From a virus, in IMG/VR virus record IMGVR_UViG_3300035529_000070, positions 58,114 through 122,113 of that record: 64,000 nt of DNA. One strand, 5' to 3'. The notes under the pieces are model-generated. The model ran no database searches. It was not told the DNA's origin and saw nothing but the letters and a program-made list of their open reading frames with translations. Position numbers and translations under genes: made by a program. How positions within the stretch are numbered: the first letter of the stretch is position 1; the number at the start of each line of letters is the position of its first letter. Below are positions 41,201-49,599 of the stretch, piece by piece.

Positions 41201-43051
41201 GGAAGAAAATCCACTGTTGGAAGACACTTGGTAAATGAATTATTCCCAGAAAAATATAGAGACTATAACAACAGATGGGATAAAAAAATCATTAACTCTA
41301 AACTGCAAACGATAGCAAAAGAAAATCCAGATAAAGCTGTAGAAATATTAAATAATCTTAAAGAAATAGCAAGATATGCTATGTATAAAATACCTTTTAG
41401 TGTATCTATAAATGACTTAACTTTGCCAAATGCAAAACCATTGCAAGAAAAGATATTATCATTAGACTCATCTAATATACCAGAGAAACAAAAACTAAAA
41501 GAATTAGAAAAACTTGATAATGAAGTAACTAAACTAATAGATCAATCAGCTTTAACAAATACAGATAGTAATGGATTTTTACATATGAAAGCTTCAGGAA
41601 CAAAAGGATCCACGTCTCAAATCAAACAATTATTAGTTGGACCTGTTAGAGTACAAAATAACTTTGGTAATCCAATACCAGCAGGTCTTGGCAAAAGTTA
41701 TGGTGAAGGATTAACTCCAGCACAATACTTCTCAGCATCATATGGTGCACGTATGGGTATGTTGGCAAAAAAGCTTGGTGTTTCTGAGCCGGGTGCATTG
41801 AATAAAGAAATATTAAATTCAGTTGCCGATCAAGTAGTCACACAATTTGATGATCCTAATGACCCGGGTGTACCTTTCAAATTATCAGAAGAATCAGATA
41901 AAGACATGATAGGAAGAAGATTAGCAAAAGATATCATAGATAAAAGAGGCAAAATAATTGCAAAAAAAGGTGAAGAGGTAACATCACACATGTTATCAAT
42001 GGTAAGAAATCACAATATAAAATACATTTATTTAAAGTCTCCTTTATCTGACACAGCGCCAAAAGGAATGAGTGGTACAAGCTTTGGCATTGATGAAACC
42101 GGGAAAATACCTGATATAGGAATTAACATAGGTATTAAAAATACACAAGCAATTACTGAGCCTTTATCTCAAGGAGCTTTAAACTTTTTCCATACTGGAG
42201 GTGTTTCATCTACCGAATCAACAATGTCTACATATGATACTATAAACACCATGACAAAACTAACTCAAACATTCAAAGCAAACTCTGCTGTATTATCTCA
42301 AGTAACTGGTACTGTTGAGAAAGTTGAAAGGCAATCACTTGGTGGATACGCCGTAACAGTAGATGGATTAAGGCACATAATACCACCAGGATTACGACCT
42401 AAAGTTAAAAAAGGTGATAAAATTAGAAAAGGAGAACCATTATCTACAGGTATGATTCATCCAGAAAACGCTTTTAATGCAAGAGGTATGGGATACGCAA
42501 GACAAACTATGTCCAATCAGTTCAAAAACGCCTTAAAAAAAGATATAAATGTTAATTCTTCAACTGTAGAAACGTTAGTTAGAGGATTAACTTCAAGCGT
42601 AGAAATATTAAATCCGGGGCAATATAGAAATAAATTTGATGTAGGAGATGTTGTCCAAGGGCAATATGTAGATTATCTCAACAGAAAAGCTACTAACACT
42701 AAAAAGAAAGTTGACTCAAGTTTAATTGGATGGATGGTAGGGGATAATTATGAACACATTAATGTTGGCACTCCTATAGATAGAAATATATTAAAAGAAT
42801 TACAAGAACTAGGTTTAAAAGAAATTATGGCTTATAAAGAAGTAATAAAATATAGACCTATAATAAGAGGAACTACAACTTTACCTCATAAAAAATCTGA
42901 TTGGTTACAAAGATCTTCGTTCAGAGGATTAAAAAACGCCTTATCAGAAGAAGCGGCTTTCGGAGGAAAAGCAGATCTTCACGGGACCAGTCCAATAACG
43001 GCATGGTCATACGGTGCTGAAATTAGGCAAGATGAAAAAGGTCAATATTAA
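35213..43051 (+). CDS. rpoBC: Phage multisubunit-type RNA polymerase, beta and beta' fused in one chain, intein-containing
   Basis: Beta motifs DPVHTPESEKIG, NRAMMASKH, GHNYEDGIVIS, GDKIVGRHGNKG, NPAGIPSRIN. Beta' motifs LPVIPPKYRP, LNRSPSLH, NADFDGD, bridge helix GLTPAQYFSASYGARMG, trigger loop EPLSQGALNFFHTGG. Confidence 0.95.
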   Translation: MFLSDFADKTNTQLKDIIIRKIKEMYPIENANRKITLEHITVDIPKEAYDPETFSDKKATKSNISMTANMKLNLIDKESNKTIDSKTIKLKIPAMNLKGTFLVGGNEYLLPTQLRLKPGIYTRVRENGEIVSEFKMEKGENFKVVLNPNKNTLRIDQGRQIKLIPFLKGMGVTEAQMKQAWGAKEFDTLNQSDGNGDPEKEVQKVLEKDFSRMYQWMWKDIDPEASPQDKIKEYMKKTELNPKITNITLEKEHSKADIQAIMDAAKRVIQISKEEKKPSGMSSTVFKKANKPIHYIEEKLGEMDRVLNSSVKKRMSQFDDLHKIISPAYTQKIFDDFFLTSSVSQIADQPNPIGLLTNLGKTTLTGEGAIEQDRAITKADRSVDPYHFAFLDPVHTPESEKIGSNLYATSGTLSSIYNDPEPELKNSFYNFNTNKVEKLSPIDVYDKVLAFPGEITSKQRTGKIVKAIHKGEIKNVKDTEVDIMLTNASSMFDASTNILPFLQSINGNRAMMASKHLTHAIPIEDPEEPFVQSIIPGTKNTFEQSVGQTTTAKSTVDGVVTSVSENRIMIKDNNGKEHKISLLSYLETGDSTFLKQKPIVKPGDKVKKGQLIAESNVTKNGTLALGKNLKVAYVPYKGHNYEDGIVISQSAAKKLSSEHLHNFKVEITPGLILDKNKFKAYFPQEYTTQQLNNLDEQGIIKKGATINNGDPLALVMAERSQSLHEKLIGDLHKQLMAPVRNKAVEWDKSVKGEVVKVVKQPSLIQIMVRSVEPVIAGDKIVGRHGNKGTVAQIIPDAEMPKDESGENMEILMNPAGIPSRINPSQILETAAAKIAKKTGKPYNVENFKPGTNYLEQIKADLKKYGIKDKEFLTDPNIGKLEEPVLTGYQYIVKLPQQVEHKTNIREEWGYDADKRPLKGGGEGGGARALDPLTSYALMAHNARANLREMATYKAEQNDDFWFAIENGQIPPAPKPTFAFNKFTGYLKGAGINVTKSGNNLQLSPMKDSDITSMSNGEVKTPDTIKGYNMTPEKGGIFDVDTLGGLQGDKWGHIKLSEPILNPTFEKQTRKLLNLKTTEFNALTNGSKGIDKNGNIVDADKADYFGGEAFKHMLSKIDPDKELNSIRQKLSNDEKIKPNEVDNLLYKAKILRGFKDTNTSPQDYVVNNLPVIPPKYRPVYPSQDEKFVVVSPINHLYKDTILLNNQIKEAKDSKILTPEDQNKLSGELYQQAKALVGMRDPLPFTQSQKEGASGALKFLAGNGSPKSGYFQSKVLSKRQELSSNLVIQNGPELDLDEAAIPEDAAWSLYKPFLVKKIQDQGYNIKEAKDMIKQRDPLARKMLEEETENRPVLLNRSPSLHKFSVMAFKPKITQDQVIRLNPSVVGGFNADFDGDSSINSVFVEFLKVDKFKRLGYDLIGGGNMPFDKLSLRTKTGLVNLKDFPRIKESKRVEGNKEIYDVPKDIKILASKDGKTGYYPIESFSIHKNLEIIEVKTNTSRTIQCSKDHSLITVDKDLNYIKHKPEKNITIPRIRKPVEGHAIESIVLHDKQESQYDFNFKIPLDEKWGYVNGVYVGDGWIDKIKNKKSYGIHLANVSNELFEDVQDTINSYINDGNKINFYIKDNPHDFNGFESFSRKMTWFSKTFHHYFGLLGHKAQNKHLPKYWLHAPEDFRWGLLGGLIDTDGTINYNKTNKGTKRMTVGYYTTSRTLAFEVVALASSLNLTASATPTFTPKKEESWTITFTQESIVNMKNKIKLRVPEKQKLIKEFEPNKDYDRNKYTPKLSKKRLDELRKAIGSPRLRNKKGELMTDDLEKQAEIKHKRSLNAICARILKNNTALTKKTALEIFDLGLELFEKDDFWKKWKEMVLDENIEWELITETKALPEITEAYDLTAGPMYTMVTENGFIIQDTMALHIPVTEEARQESLRMTPSKNLFKPASGSLMNNFSLEYNGAIYNLTKAPQNEEVKNTQANDFRQLFQELQSNKLRYNDIINFHGRKSTVGRHLVNELFPEKYRDYNNRWDKKIINSKLQTIAKENPDKAVEILNNLKEIARYAMYKIPFSVSINDLTLPNAKPLQEKILSLDSSNIPEKQKLKELEKLDNEVTKLIDQSALTNTDSNGFLHMKASGTKGSTSQIKQLLVGPVRVQNNFGNPIPAGLGKSYGEGLTPAQYFSASYGARMGMLAKKLGVSEPGALNKEILNSVADQVVTQFDDPNDPGVPFKLSEESDKDMIGRRLAKDIIDKRGKIIAKKGEEVTSHMLSMVRNHNIKYIYLKSPLSDTAPKGMSGTSFGIDETGKIPDIGINIGIKNTQAITEPLSQGALNFFHTGGVSSTESTMSTYDTINTMTKLTQTFKANSAVLSQVTGTVEKVERQSLGGYAVTVDGLRHIIPPGLRPKVKKGDKIRKGEPLSTGMIHPENAFNARGMGYARQTMSNQFKNALKKDINVNSSTVETLVRGLTSSVEILNPGQYRNKFDVGDVVQGQYVDYLNRKATNTKKKVDSSLIGWMVGDNYEHINVGTPIDRNILKELQELGLKEIMAYKEVIKYRPIIRGTTTLPHKKSDWLQRSSFRGLKNALSEEAAFGGKADLHGTSPITAWSYGAEIRQDEKGQY
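39392..40942 (+). mobile_element. 517-aa intein with LAGLIDADG homing endonuclease
   Basis: Removal gives NADFDGD|TMALH. Block B CSKDHSL, LAGLIDADG motifs YVNGVYVGDG and LLGGLIDTDG, block F AYDLT, block G ENGFIIQD/T. Confidence 0.9.
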
Positions 43052-43064
43052 AGTTGGTGATAAA

Positions 43065-43700
43065 ATGATAAGTGATGAATTTATAAAAACCTCTGGATTC
43101 AAAGGGATGATAGGTGAAGGCGCTTTCGACTTAGCAGCTGGATTGCCTATACAAGTAGGTTCTTTTAAAGCACAGCAAAAGACTCAAAAAAACTTGCAAA
43201 GCTTAGCCACTACTTATAAACAAACTACTGGGGATGACTTAACAAAAGACTTAAGCAAATATAAAAAAGAAAGAAAAGGTGGTCTTGGTCAAGTCGTAGG
43301 GTTATTAGGCGGTACTTTATTAGGCTCTGCATTAGGAGGTAAAGTTGGAGGTAAACTTGCTGGAAAATTTCTTAAAAATGTGCCAGGCAAAAAAGTTACC
43401 AGCACATTAATTGGCGCTAATACCACAAAAGAATTTGGGGAAATAGTAGGAAGCTCATTAGGTTCAAACGTAGCCAGTTTTGCTGACACTGCTTATGATA
43501 AAAGTCTTATAAATAAAGGTAGAAAAAAATTACAAAAAGATCAAAGTTTAGATCCAAATAAAAAGAAATTATTGAATCAAGCGTTAGATTTACAAGAAGA
43601 ATCATCGAATAAATATAATGCTGTAGATACCATAGATTTATTTACTTCTCCTTTAATACAGCATGGTTCTTCATCTTTATTAAGAAAGTTTAAAAAATAA
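43065..43700 (+). CDS. Gly-rich amphipathic protein, possible ejection/internal head protein
   Basis: Probable start at ATG 43065 (RBS GGTG); begins MISDEFIKTSG (variant of the K-x-A motif); GLLGGTLLGSALGG segment. Confidence 0.55.
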   Translation: MISDEFIKTSGFKGMIGEGAFDLAAGLPIQVGSFKAQQKTQKNLQSLATTYKQTTGDDLTKDLSKYKKERKGGLGQVVGLLGGTLLGSALGGKVGGKLAGKFLKNVPGKKVTSTLIGANTTKEFGEIVGSSLGSNVASFADTAYDKSLINKGRKKLQKDQSLDPNKKKLLNQALDLQEESSNKYNAVDTIDLFTSPLIQHGSSSLLRKFKK

Positions 43701-43724
43701 AGCCCTTTAACAGAGGGCTTTTTT
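43699..43724 (+). terminator. Rho-independent terminator
   Basis: AAAGCCCT-ttaacag-AGGGCTTT followed by TTT. Confidence 0.85.
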
Positions 43725-43737
43725 CTTTTCCTATTGC

Positions 43738-43767
43738 TTGCTTCAAGGTTTTATTTTGTGGTATAAT
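43738..43767 (+). promoter_or_regulatory. Sigma70-type promoter
   Basis: TTGCTT-18-TATAAT with extended TG. Confidence 0.75.
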
Positions 43768-43785
43768 AAGTCGAGGTGATGACAA

Positions 43786-45462
43786 ATGGACTTAAAACAG
43801 GCAAAAGATTATATAAAAGAGAATTTAAAAATCGAAGAAGTTATAGGAAATTACGTGAAACTAAAAAAATCAGGTAAAAACTTCAATGCTCCTTGCCCCT
43901 TTCACGCTGAAGATGCCCCGAGTTTTTTTGTTTTCCCTAAAACTCAAACTTTTAAATGTTTTGGTTGTGGAGAACAAGGCGATATAATTTCTTTTGTAGA
44001 AAAATATGAAAACTTAACTTTCACGGAAACTATAAAGAAATTAGCTATTGAAAATGGAATTGAAATAGAAAAACAACCTGAAGATCAATATAAGGCTATG
44101 TTGAATGATTTAAGTAAAAATTATTATAATACTTTACTTAACTTGCCTCAAAATCATCCAGCAAAAATTTATGCATTAACCCGATTTTCTGAAACAGAAA
44201 TAAATGAATTTAATATAGGATACTCAACAGGTGAAGAGTATAAAGAATTTTATAAAAATAATTCTCAATTATTTAAAGAATTAAATTATAAAGAATATGA
44301 TATGTTTAAAAATAGAATAATATTTCCTATAAAAGATGTGGGGAAAAATACTGTGGGTTTTACTGCAAGATCTATAACAAATGAAAAATATAAATATCTT
44401 AATTCGCCAGATTCATTCTTGTTTAATAAGAAAAATATTTTATATGGTATAGATATTGCCAGAAAATATGCTAAGGAAAATGATATGATAATAGTAACTG
44501 AAGGATTAGCAGATACTATTAAAATGCACTCTATTGGATTTAAAAATACAATAGGACTTTTGGGTTTAGATATATCATTAGATCGCTTAAAATTGATCTC
44601 AAGGCTTTCTAAGCAACAAATACTGATGATGGATAATGATAAATCTGGCATAAAAGCCATTAATGAATATATTGAAAAATCCATTCCTTTACAGTTACAA
44701 ATAGCAGTACCTTTATATAAAGAAAAAGATCCAGATGAACTAATCACTAAATATGGAAAAGACAAAACTTTTTCAATTCTTAAGCAAAGTATACCAGGTA
44801 TAGATTTTTTCGTGTCTTCAAAGCAAAGCGAATATAATTTAAAAAATGTATTTCAAAAACAACAGTTCATGCAGGATTTATATAATCTATATAATAAACT
44901 ATTAAATAATAAACAACCGGTATTTGCAGAAAATATATTAAACAAAGTAGAAGAAATAGGAATTACAAAAGAATCTTTTTTGAAGACTATTTCAGAACCG
45001 ATAAGAAAAAAAGAAAAAAAAGAGTCTAATGTTAGTTTCAATTATAATAGACAATTGAACAATTTAGAAAAAACATTGATTGTACTTATTATAAATGCGG
45101 ATGATAAAATACATGATTTTTTAATGGAATTATCTACAGATAGTCTTACAACTAAATATAGCGTAGAAATTTTAGAAAATTACCAATATAATCAGAAATT
45201 AAATATAGTGTCTGAGAAATATGAAAAAATTTCTGATTTTCTTATGAATCACTATAATAACATTTCATCAATGCCAAAAGAAAAAGTATTGAAACATTAT
45301 AATAAGTTCAAAAATTATATTCAAAATAATTTTAATGCATTCAACAAAATTAAAAAGATAAACGAAAAAATGTCTAAAACAGATTCTTTTTCAGAGAAAT
45401 TGGATTTAATTGAGCAGTTAATTGTCACACAGAAAAAAATAAAAGAAGGTGAAAAACAGTGA
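43786..45462 (+). CDS. dnaG: DnaG-type DNA primase
   Basis: CHC2 zinc finger CPFHAEDAPSF..FKCFGC, KYLNSP, TOPRIM VTEGLAD and MDNDKSG. Confidence 0.95.
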   Translation: MDLKQAKDYIKENLKIEEVIGNYVKLKKSGKNFNAPCPFHAEDAPSFFVFPKTQTFKCFGCGEQGDIISFVEKYENLTFTETIKKLAIENGIEIEKQPEDQYKAMLNDLSKNYYNTLLNLPQNHPAKIYALTRFSETEINEFNIGYSTGEEYKEFYKNNSQLFKELNYKEYDMFKNRIIFPIKDVGKNTVGFTARSITNEKYKYLNSPDSFLFNKKNILYGIDIARKYAKENDMIIVTEGLADTIKMHSIGFKNTIGLLGLDISLDRLKLISRLSKQQILMMDNDKSGIKAINEYIEKSIPLQLQIAVPLYKEKDPDELITKYGKDKTFSILKQSIPGIDFFVSSKQSEYNLKNVFQKQQFMQDLYNLYNKLLNNKQPVFAENILNKVEEIGITKESFLKTISEPIRKKEKKESNVSFNYNRQLNNLEKTLIVLIINADDKIHDFLMELSTDSLTTKYSVEILENYQYNQKLNIVSEKYEKISDFLMNHYNNISSMPKEKVLKHYNKFKNYIQNNFNAFNKIKKINEKMSKTDSFSEKLDLIEQLIVTQKKIKEGEKQ

Positions 45463-47468
45463 CAGAAGAGATAACATACGGTTTAAATAATTCACGAACT
45501 ATATTTTATTTATATTTACCTAAAACATTTATTAAAAGACATGGTAAACCCGAAGGTCTTAAATATCATCAAGAAAAAGATATATGGTTCGAATATACAA
45601 TAAAGAAGCAGGCTTGGAATAAAACATTTGATTTTCTAGAATCAAAAATTAGTTCAGAAACATTACAAAACATAAAATCTCTTTTCTCTAAAAGCAAACA
45701 ATATGTATTAAAAATAAAAAATAAAAACATACTAATTAAAACCACAGATAAAAATATTCAAGCTTTACTTCAACAAGCATCGTTTTTATATGATAACAAA
45801 TATAATTTTTTTCACTCTGATTTTGAAACAGCTTTAAATCATCAAAATATCATTGATCAAATAGATCCAGAGATAATTGAAGAAATAAAAGAAACTTTGA
45901 AGCCAAAGCCTTACATACAAGATGTAAATAAACAATTAATTCAAAAACATTTAATTAAATACATTCCTGATTATTTATATGATTTTCAAAAAGAATTCGT
46001 TGAAAAAGCTTTAACTGACTATTTAAACGGAGAAACTGGTATAATGCTTGCAGATGATGTTGGGTTGGGTAAATCGGCTCAAAGTTTAGGAGTAGCTGCT
46101 GCATTATTAAAAGCAGATAAAATAGATAAAGTATTAATAGTCACTAAAAAAAATGTTGTTAAACAATTTGCAAGTGAAGTAAAAAGCTTCTTAAATATTA
46201 CACCAGAAATTTTATCCACACAACATTGGGAACCTCAAAATAGTACAGTGTTAATAAGCAATTTTGCGCCAATATCAAAATTTGTCGATCAATGGAAACT
46301 TGTTCCAAAAGGCAAAGAAGACCGAGTGTTGTTTATTATAGATGAAGTTACAAATTTAAAAAATCCTGATAATGCAAGGAGAAAAGCGTTCAATAAACTG
46401 TTTAAAACATATCCTGGGTTTCGTATTGGAATGACAGCTACACCTTTTGGTAAAGAACTAGTAGATATGTTTTATATGTTTAATTTGTTAGTCCCAGATT
46501 TTATGAGTTGGCCTAGATTTGATAATAGACATAGAAATACTTTTACTATTAATAAACAAATAAGAACTAAATATGGGAAAACATTTACAAAGAAAATAGA
46601 TATTGTAAAGAATTATAAGAACTTCAAAGAATTTCACAATGCAATTTCACCTCATATGGTAAGAAGAAAGAAAAATATTGCAGATAAAGCTTTAGGTCCC
46701 AAACATACTCATCCTATTTTCTTACCAGTTTCAGATAAATTCTTGGAATTATACAATAGATTTTCAAATGATATAGTTAATGCAGTAAAAAAACAATACA
46801 ACAAAAAAGAACAAGGACTAGCTACCTTATTAGGAGTATCTTTGTTAAGGCAATTCTGCAATTATGTTGGATTGTTTGAAGAATCCAGCGCCAAATTATT
46901 ATCTCATATACCATATAGAGAATATATGATAGAAACCCCCACTCCTAAATTGGACTGGACAGTAAACACTGTAAAAAAAATAGATGATAAAGTTATAATA
47001 TTTACTGAATTTGCTAAAATGGCAAATGTATTGAATAACCATTTAACAAATCTTGGATATAAAACAAAAATAATAACAGGTTCTACAGAAAGAGATGACA
47101 GAGAAGAACTAAGAAAGAGTTTTCAAAAGGATAGATTCCAAATATTAGTAGGTACTAATGCTATTGCTTATGGGGGGAACTTCCAATTTGTAGATCATTT
47201 AATAAATTACGATATGGCGTATAATCCTGAAGTAAACTGGCAAAGAGAAGGACGTATTCATAGATTGGGAAACACAAATGAAAAACATATTTATAATTTA
47301 ACATTACAAAGTGGTATTCCAGATTCACCTCTTATAGAAGAATTGATATATCAAAAAGTTACAAGAAGAATGCAGGAAGCTGAAAAAGCTGTAGATGGCA
47401 GAGAATTAGAAATAGATCACAATGATGATTCTGTTATAAAAGAAATATCAAAGAAACTTTTCAAGTGA
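45459..47468 (+). CDS. SNF2-family helicase/translocase
   Basis: MLADDVGLGKS, IIDEV, GMTATP, NYDMAYNP..QREGRIHRLG. Confidence 0.92.
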   Translation: MTEEITYGLNNSRTIFYLYLPKTFIKRHGKPEGLKYHQEKDIWFEYTIKKQAWNKTFDFLESKISSETLQNIKSLFSKSKQYVLKIKNKNILIKTTDKNIQALLQQASFLYDNKYNFFHSDFETALNHQNIIDQIDPEIIEEIKETLKPKPYIQDVNKQLIQKHLIKYIPDYLYDFQKEFVEKALTDYLNGETGIMLADDVGLGKSAQSLGVAAALLKADKIDKVLIVTKKNVVKQFASEVKSFLNITPEILSTQHWEPQNSTVLISNFAPISKFVDQWKLVPKGKEDRVLFIIDEVTNLKNPDNARRKAFNKLFKTYPGFRIGMTATPFGKELVDMFYMFNLLVPDFMSWPRFDNRHRNTFTINKQIRTKYGKTFTKKIDIVKNYKNFKEFHNAISPHMVRRKKNIADKALGPKHTHPIFLPVSDKFLELYNRFSNDIVNAVKKQYNKKEQGLATLLGVSLLRQFCNYVGLFEESSAKLLSHIPYREYMIETPTPKLDWTVNTVKKIDDKVIIFTEFAKMANVLNNHLTNLGYKTKIITGSTERDDREELRKSFQKDRFQILVGTNAIAYGGNFQFVDHLINYDMAYNPEVNWQREGRIHRLGNTNEKHIYNLTLQSGIPDSPLIEELIYQKVTRRMQEAEKAVDGRELEIDHNDDSVIKEISKKLFK

Positions 47469-47515
47469 AATAAATTTATTAAAATATTTGGTATATATTA
47501 TATGTTAGATTTAGT

Positions 47516-47548
47516 AAAAAAAGGGTGGTCATTTTTGACCGCCCTTTT
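47516..47548. terminator. Bidirectional terminator between convergent genes
   Basis: AAAA-AAGGGTGGTCA-tttt-TGACCGCCCTT-TT. Confidence 0.8.
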
Positions 47549-48029
47549 CTGATTGTACTATTAAAGCTGGATATTTTGAAAAAGAAAGAGAAACATTTTT
47601 AATTTTATTCATTATTCTACCATTGGTATCTAAAAATAAAGAAGGGTAAAAATTTTTATCGTTGTTAAAATAATAAGCTATATTTCTCTCAATGATTTTT
47701 AATATAGTCTGTTCTAAGTATTGATATAAATGGAAATCAATGATTTCTGCTGGAGTTATGGCTGTATTAACTAAATCTTCCTCTAAACCAGAATTCTCAT
47801 AAGTATCATAAATATAAATCTTAGTATTATAATCTATTATTTTAGATAAATCATTATAAATAGACATAGAAAGAAATTTAAAAAAATTCATGTTATTATT
47901 AATGATTTGATAATTAAATTCATCGTACTCTTTGAATTCTAAAAAATTAATTACAGAAGGCATATAACCATTAATCACAACACTAATAATTTTATAAAAA
48001 TCTGATTTATTAAAATGATTATAATTCAT
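47529..48029 (-). CDS. Hypothetical protein
   Basis: ORF overlapping the upstream gene by 4 nt. Confidence 0.55.
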   Translation of the reverse strand: MNYNHFNKSDFYKIISVVINGYMPSVINFLEFKEYDEFNYQIINNNMNFFKFLSMSIYNDLSKIIDYNTKIYIYDTYENSGLEEDLVNTAITPAEIIDFHLYQYLEQTILKIIERNIAYYFNNDKNFYPSLFLDTNGRIMNKIKNVSLSFSKYPALIVQSEKGGQK

Positions 48030-48589
48030 AGAATCACCTTAGAGATTCTAAAATCAATTACCTTATCTTTGTTTTCAACAATAGGTTGTTTATGTTCTAT
48101 GTTTTTAATCATCTCATCTCTCAAATCTAAAATAGCTTTTTTAATATTAACTTTTTCTATTTTATAAATACCAGACTTCAAAACAGGTAGAATCTCAGCA
48201 TCGTACTTTTTTCCTTTAATAATAACAGATTCTAAAAAAACTTGTAATTGGTCAATTTTTTCAATATCATCTGGTTCATATGCTGTCATTTTACTACGTT
48301 CGAAGTGTCCATCTCCTACAGTAATTTTATATTCTCCAGTAAATAAAAGTGTAGAATATTTCAACGCATAAAAAGAGTTATTATTCCCTTTAATACTCTT
48401 GACTAACATAGCTTTCTTATTTTTATTACCAACTATCTGTGTTAAAATAATGTCAAAATCATAGATAACATCTTTAATATATCGAGTTTTATTAAAGTTG
48501 TATCCAAACAAAATGTCAGATAAAATTCTAAAACTAGAAGAAAGATGAAGATACGACAATAGCAATTGTCTTTCAGTCTCTACAAGCAA
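48026..48589 (-). CDS. Hypothetical protein
   Basis: TTG start with RBS and upstream promoter. Confidence 0.55.
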   Translation of the reverse strand: MLVETERQLLLSYLHLSSSFRILSDILFGYNFNKTRYIKDVIYDFDIILTQIVGNKNKKAMLVKSIKGNNNSFYALKYSTLLFTGEYKITVGDGHFERSKMTAYEPDDIEKIDQLQVFLESVIIKGKKYDAEILPVLKSGIYKIEKVNIKKAILDLRDEMIKNIEHKQPIVENKDKVIDFRISKVIL

Positions 48590-48625
48590 GAGTCTTCACT
48601 TCCTTCATATAAGGATTTTCACTTA

Positions 48626-48654
48626 ATTATAACATGAGTTTTTTAAAAAAACAA
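48626..48654 (-). promoter_or_regulatory. Sigma70-type promoter
   Basis: TTGTTT-17-TATAAT with extended TG. Confidence 0.65.
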
Positions 48655-48668
48655 GAAAGGAGGTAAAA

Positions 48669-48851
48669 TTGATGAATTATGATCTTATGAAATGCTTTGA
48701 ACTTTTAAGAAAAGATAAAACTATTGGAGGATTATTGAAACAATACCAAGAGAAAGAACAAGAGCTAACCGTGTTGGATAAATATTTAAAAGAGCAATAT
48801 AATGGTATAAGGAAGAAAAACCGTGACGATTCTAACTTTTATCCTTTGTAA
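48669..48851 (+). CDS. Small hypothetical protein
   Basis: Strong RBS AGGAGGT. Confidence 0.55.
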   Translation: MMNYDLMKCFELLRKDKTIGGLLKQYQEKEQELTVLDKYLKEQYNGIRKKNRDDSNFYPL

Positions 48852-48898
48852 ACGAACTAATGTTATGATAAAATTAATTATACTAAATACAAAGGAGT

Positions 48899-49594
48899 TT
48901 GAAAATGGTTATTATAAAAATCATACGAAAATTCATTGATCTATATGACCCTGGAATCGCCCCAAGAACTTTCTATAATTTTATAATTACTATTATAGAA
49001 TTATCAGAAAGAAAAGCGTTGATTACTGGTACTAAATTAAACATGGGCGAAATTTCAAGAAAATATCATAGCCCTCGTCCAAGAATTCTTGATAGTTGGA
49101 AATCATTAAATGACCAAGGCTTTTTAGTAGCAACTAATGATAAAAATTCTGGCAGGTATATGGTAAAACTCGGGCCCGTATTTCAAGAATATTTTGCAGC
49201 TATAATGTTAGAAAACAATGAATTTCCAGGCGGAGAATTTATTCAAATATTGTTTAAACAATTCTATGCTAACACAAGAGATACTTTCGCACATGAGCTC
49301 ACTAAAGTTATAAATAACACTATGACTCTTTCGTTTAAAGAGGAATATCCAGATTTATGGAAATTTTTATCAGATGATGATAAAGAAATATTAGAGGTAT
49401 ACGAAACATATGCCGGGAAATTAGATATCACAGATTATGGAACCTTTGAAAAAGTATGTAGATTATATAACAAAAGTGATATATTAGAAGGCATTAAAAA
49501 AACTTATTCTGAAACAAGAGAAGATAACTTTTTGAATAAATTTGGTATTACCGCTTTAGATAATTACTTATCTTTAAAAAATAAAAAGGAGTGA
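48899..49594 (+). CDS. Putative winged-helix DNA-binding protein
   Basis: LNMGEISRKYHSPRPRILDSWKSLNDQGFL is wHTH-like. Confidence 0.5.
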   Translation: MKMVIIKIIRKFIDLYDPGIAPRTFYNFIITIIELSERKALITGTKLNMGEISRKYHSPRPRILDSWKSLNDQGFLVATNDKNSGRYMVKLGPVFQEYFAAIMLENNEFPGGEFIQILFKQFYANTRDTFAHELTKVINNTMTLSFKEEYPDLWKFLSDDDKEILEVYETYAGKLDITDYGTFEKVCRLYNKSDILEGIKKTYSETREDNFLNKFGITALDNYLSLKNKKE

Positions 49595-49599
49595 TCTAA

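Noticed and set aside
35213-43051. Host chromosomal rpoBC
   Set aside because: No rplL/rpsL context, strongly reduced and divergent, embedded among virion genes
43014-43064. ORF-track start for the gene after the RNAP
   Set aside because: Overlaps rpoBC; ATG 43065 has the better RBS
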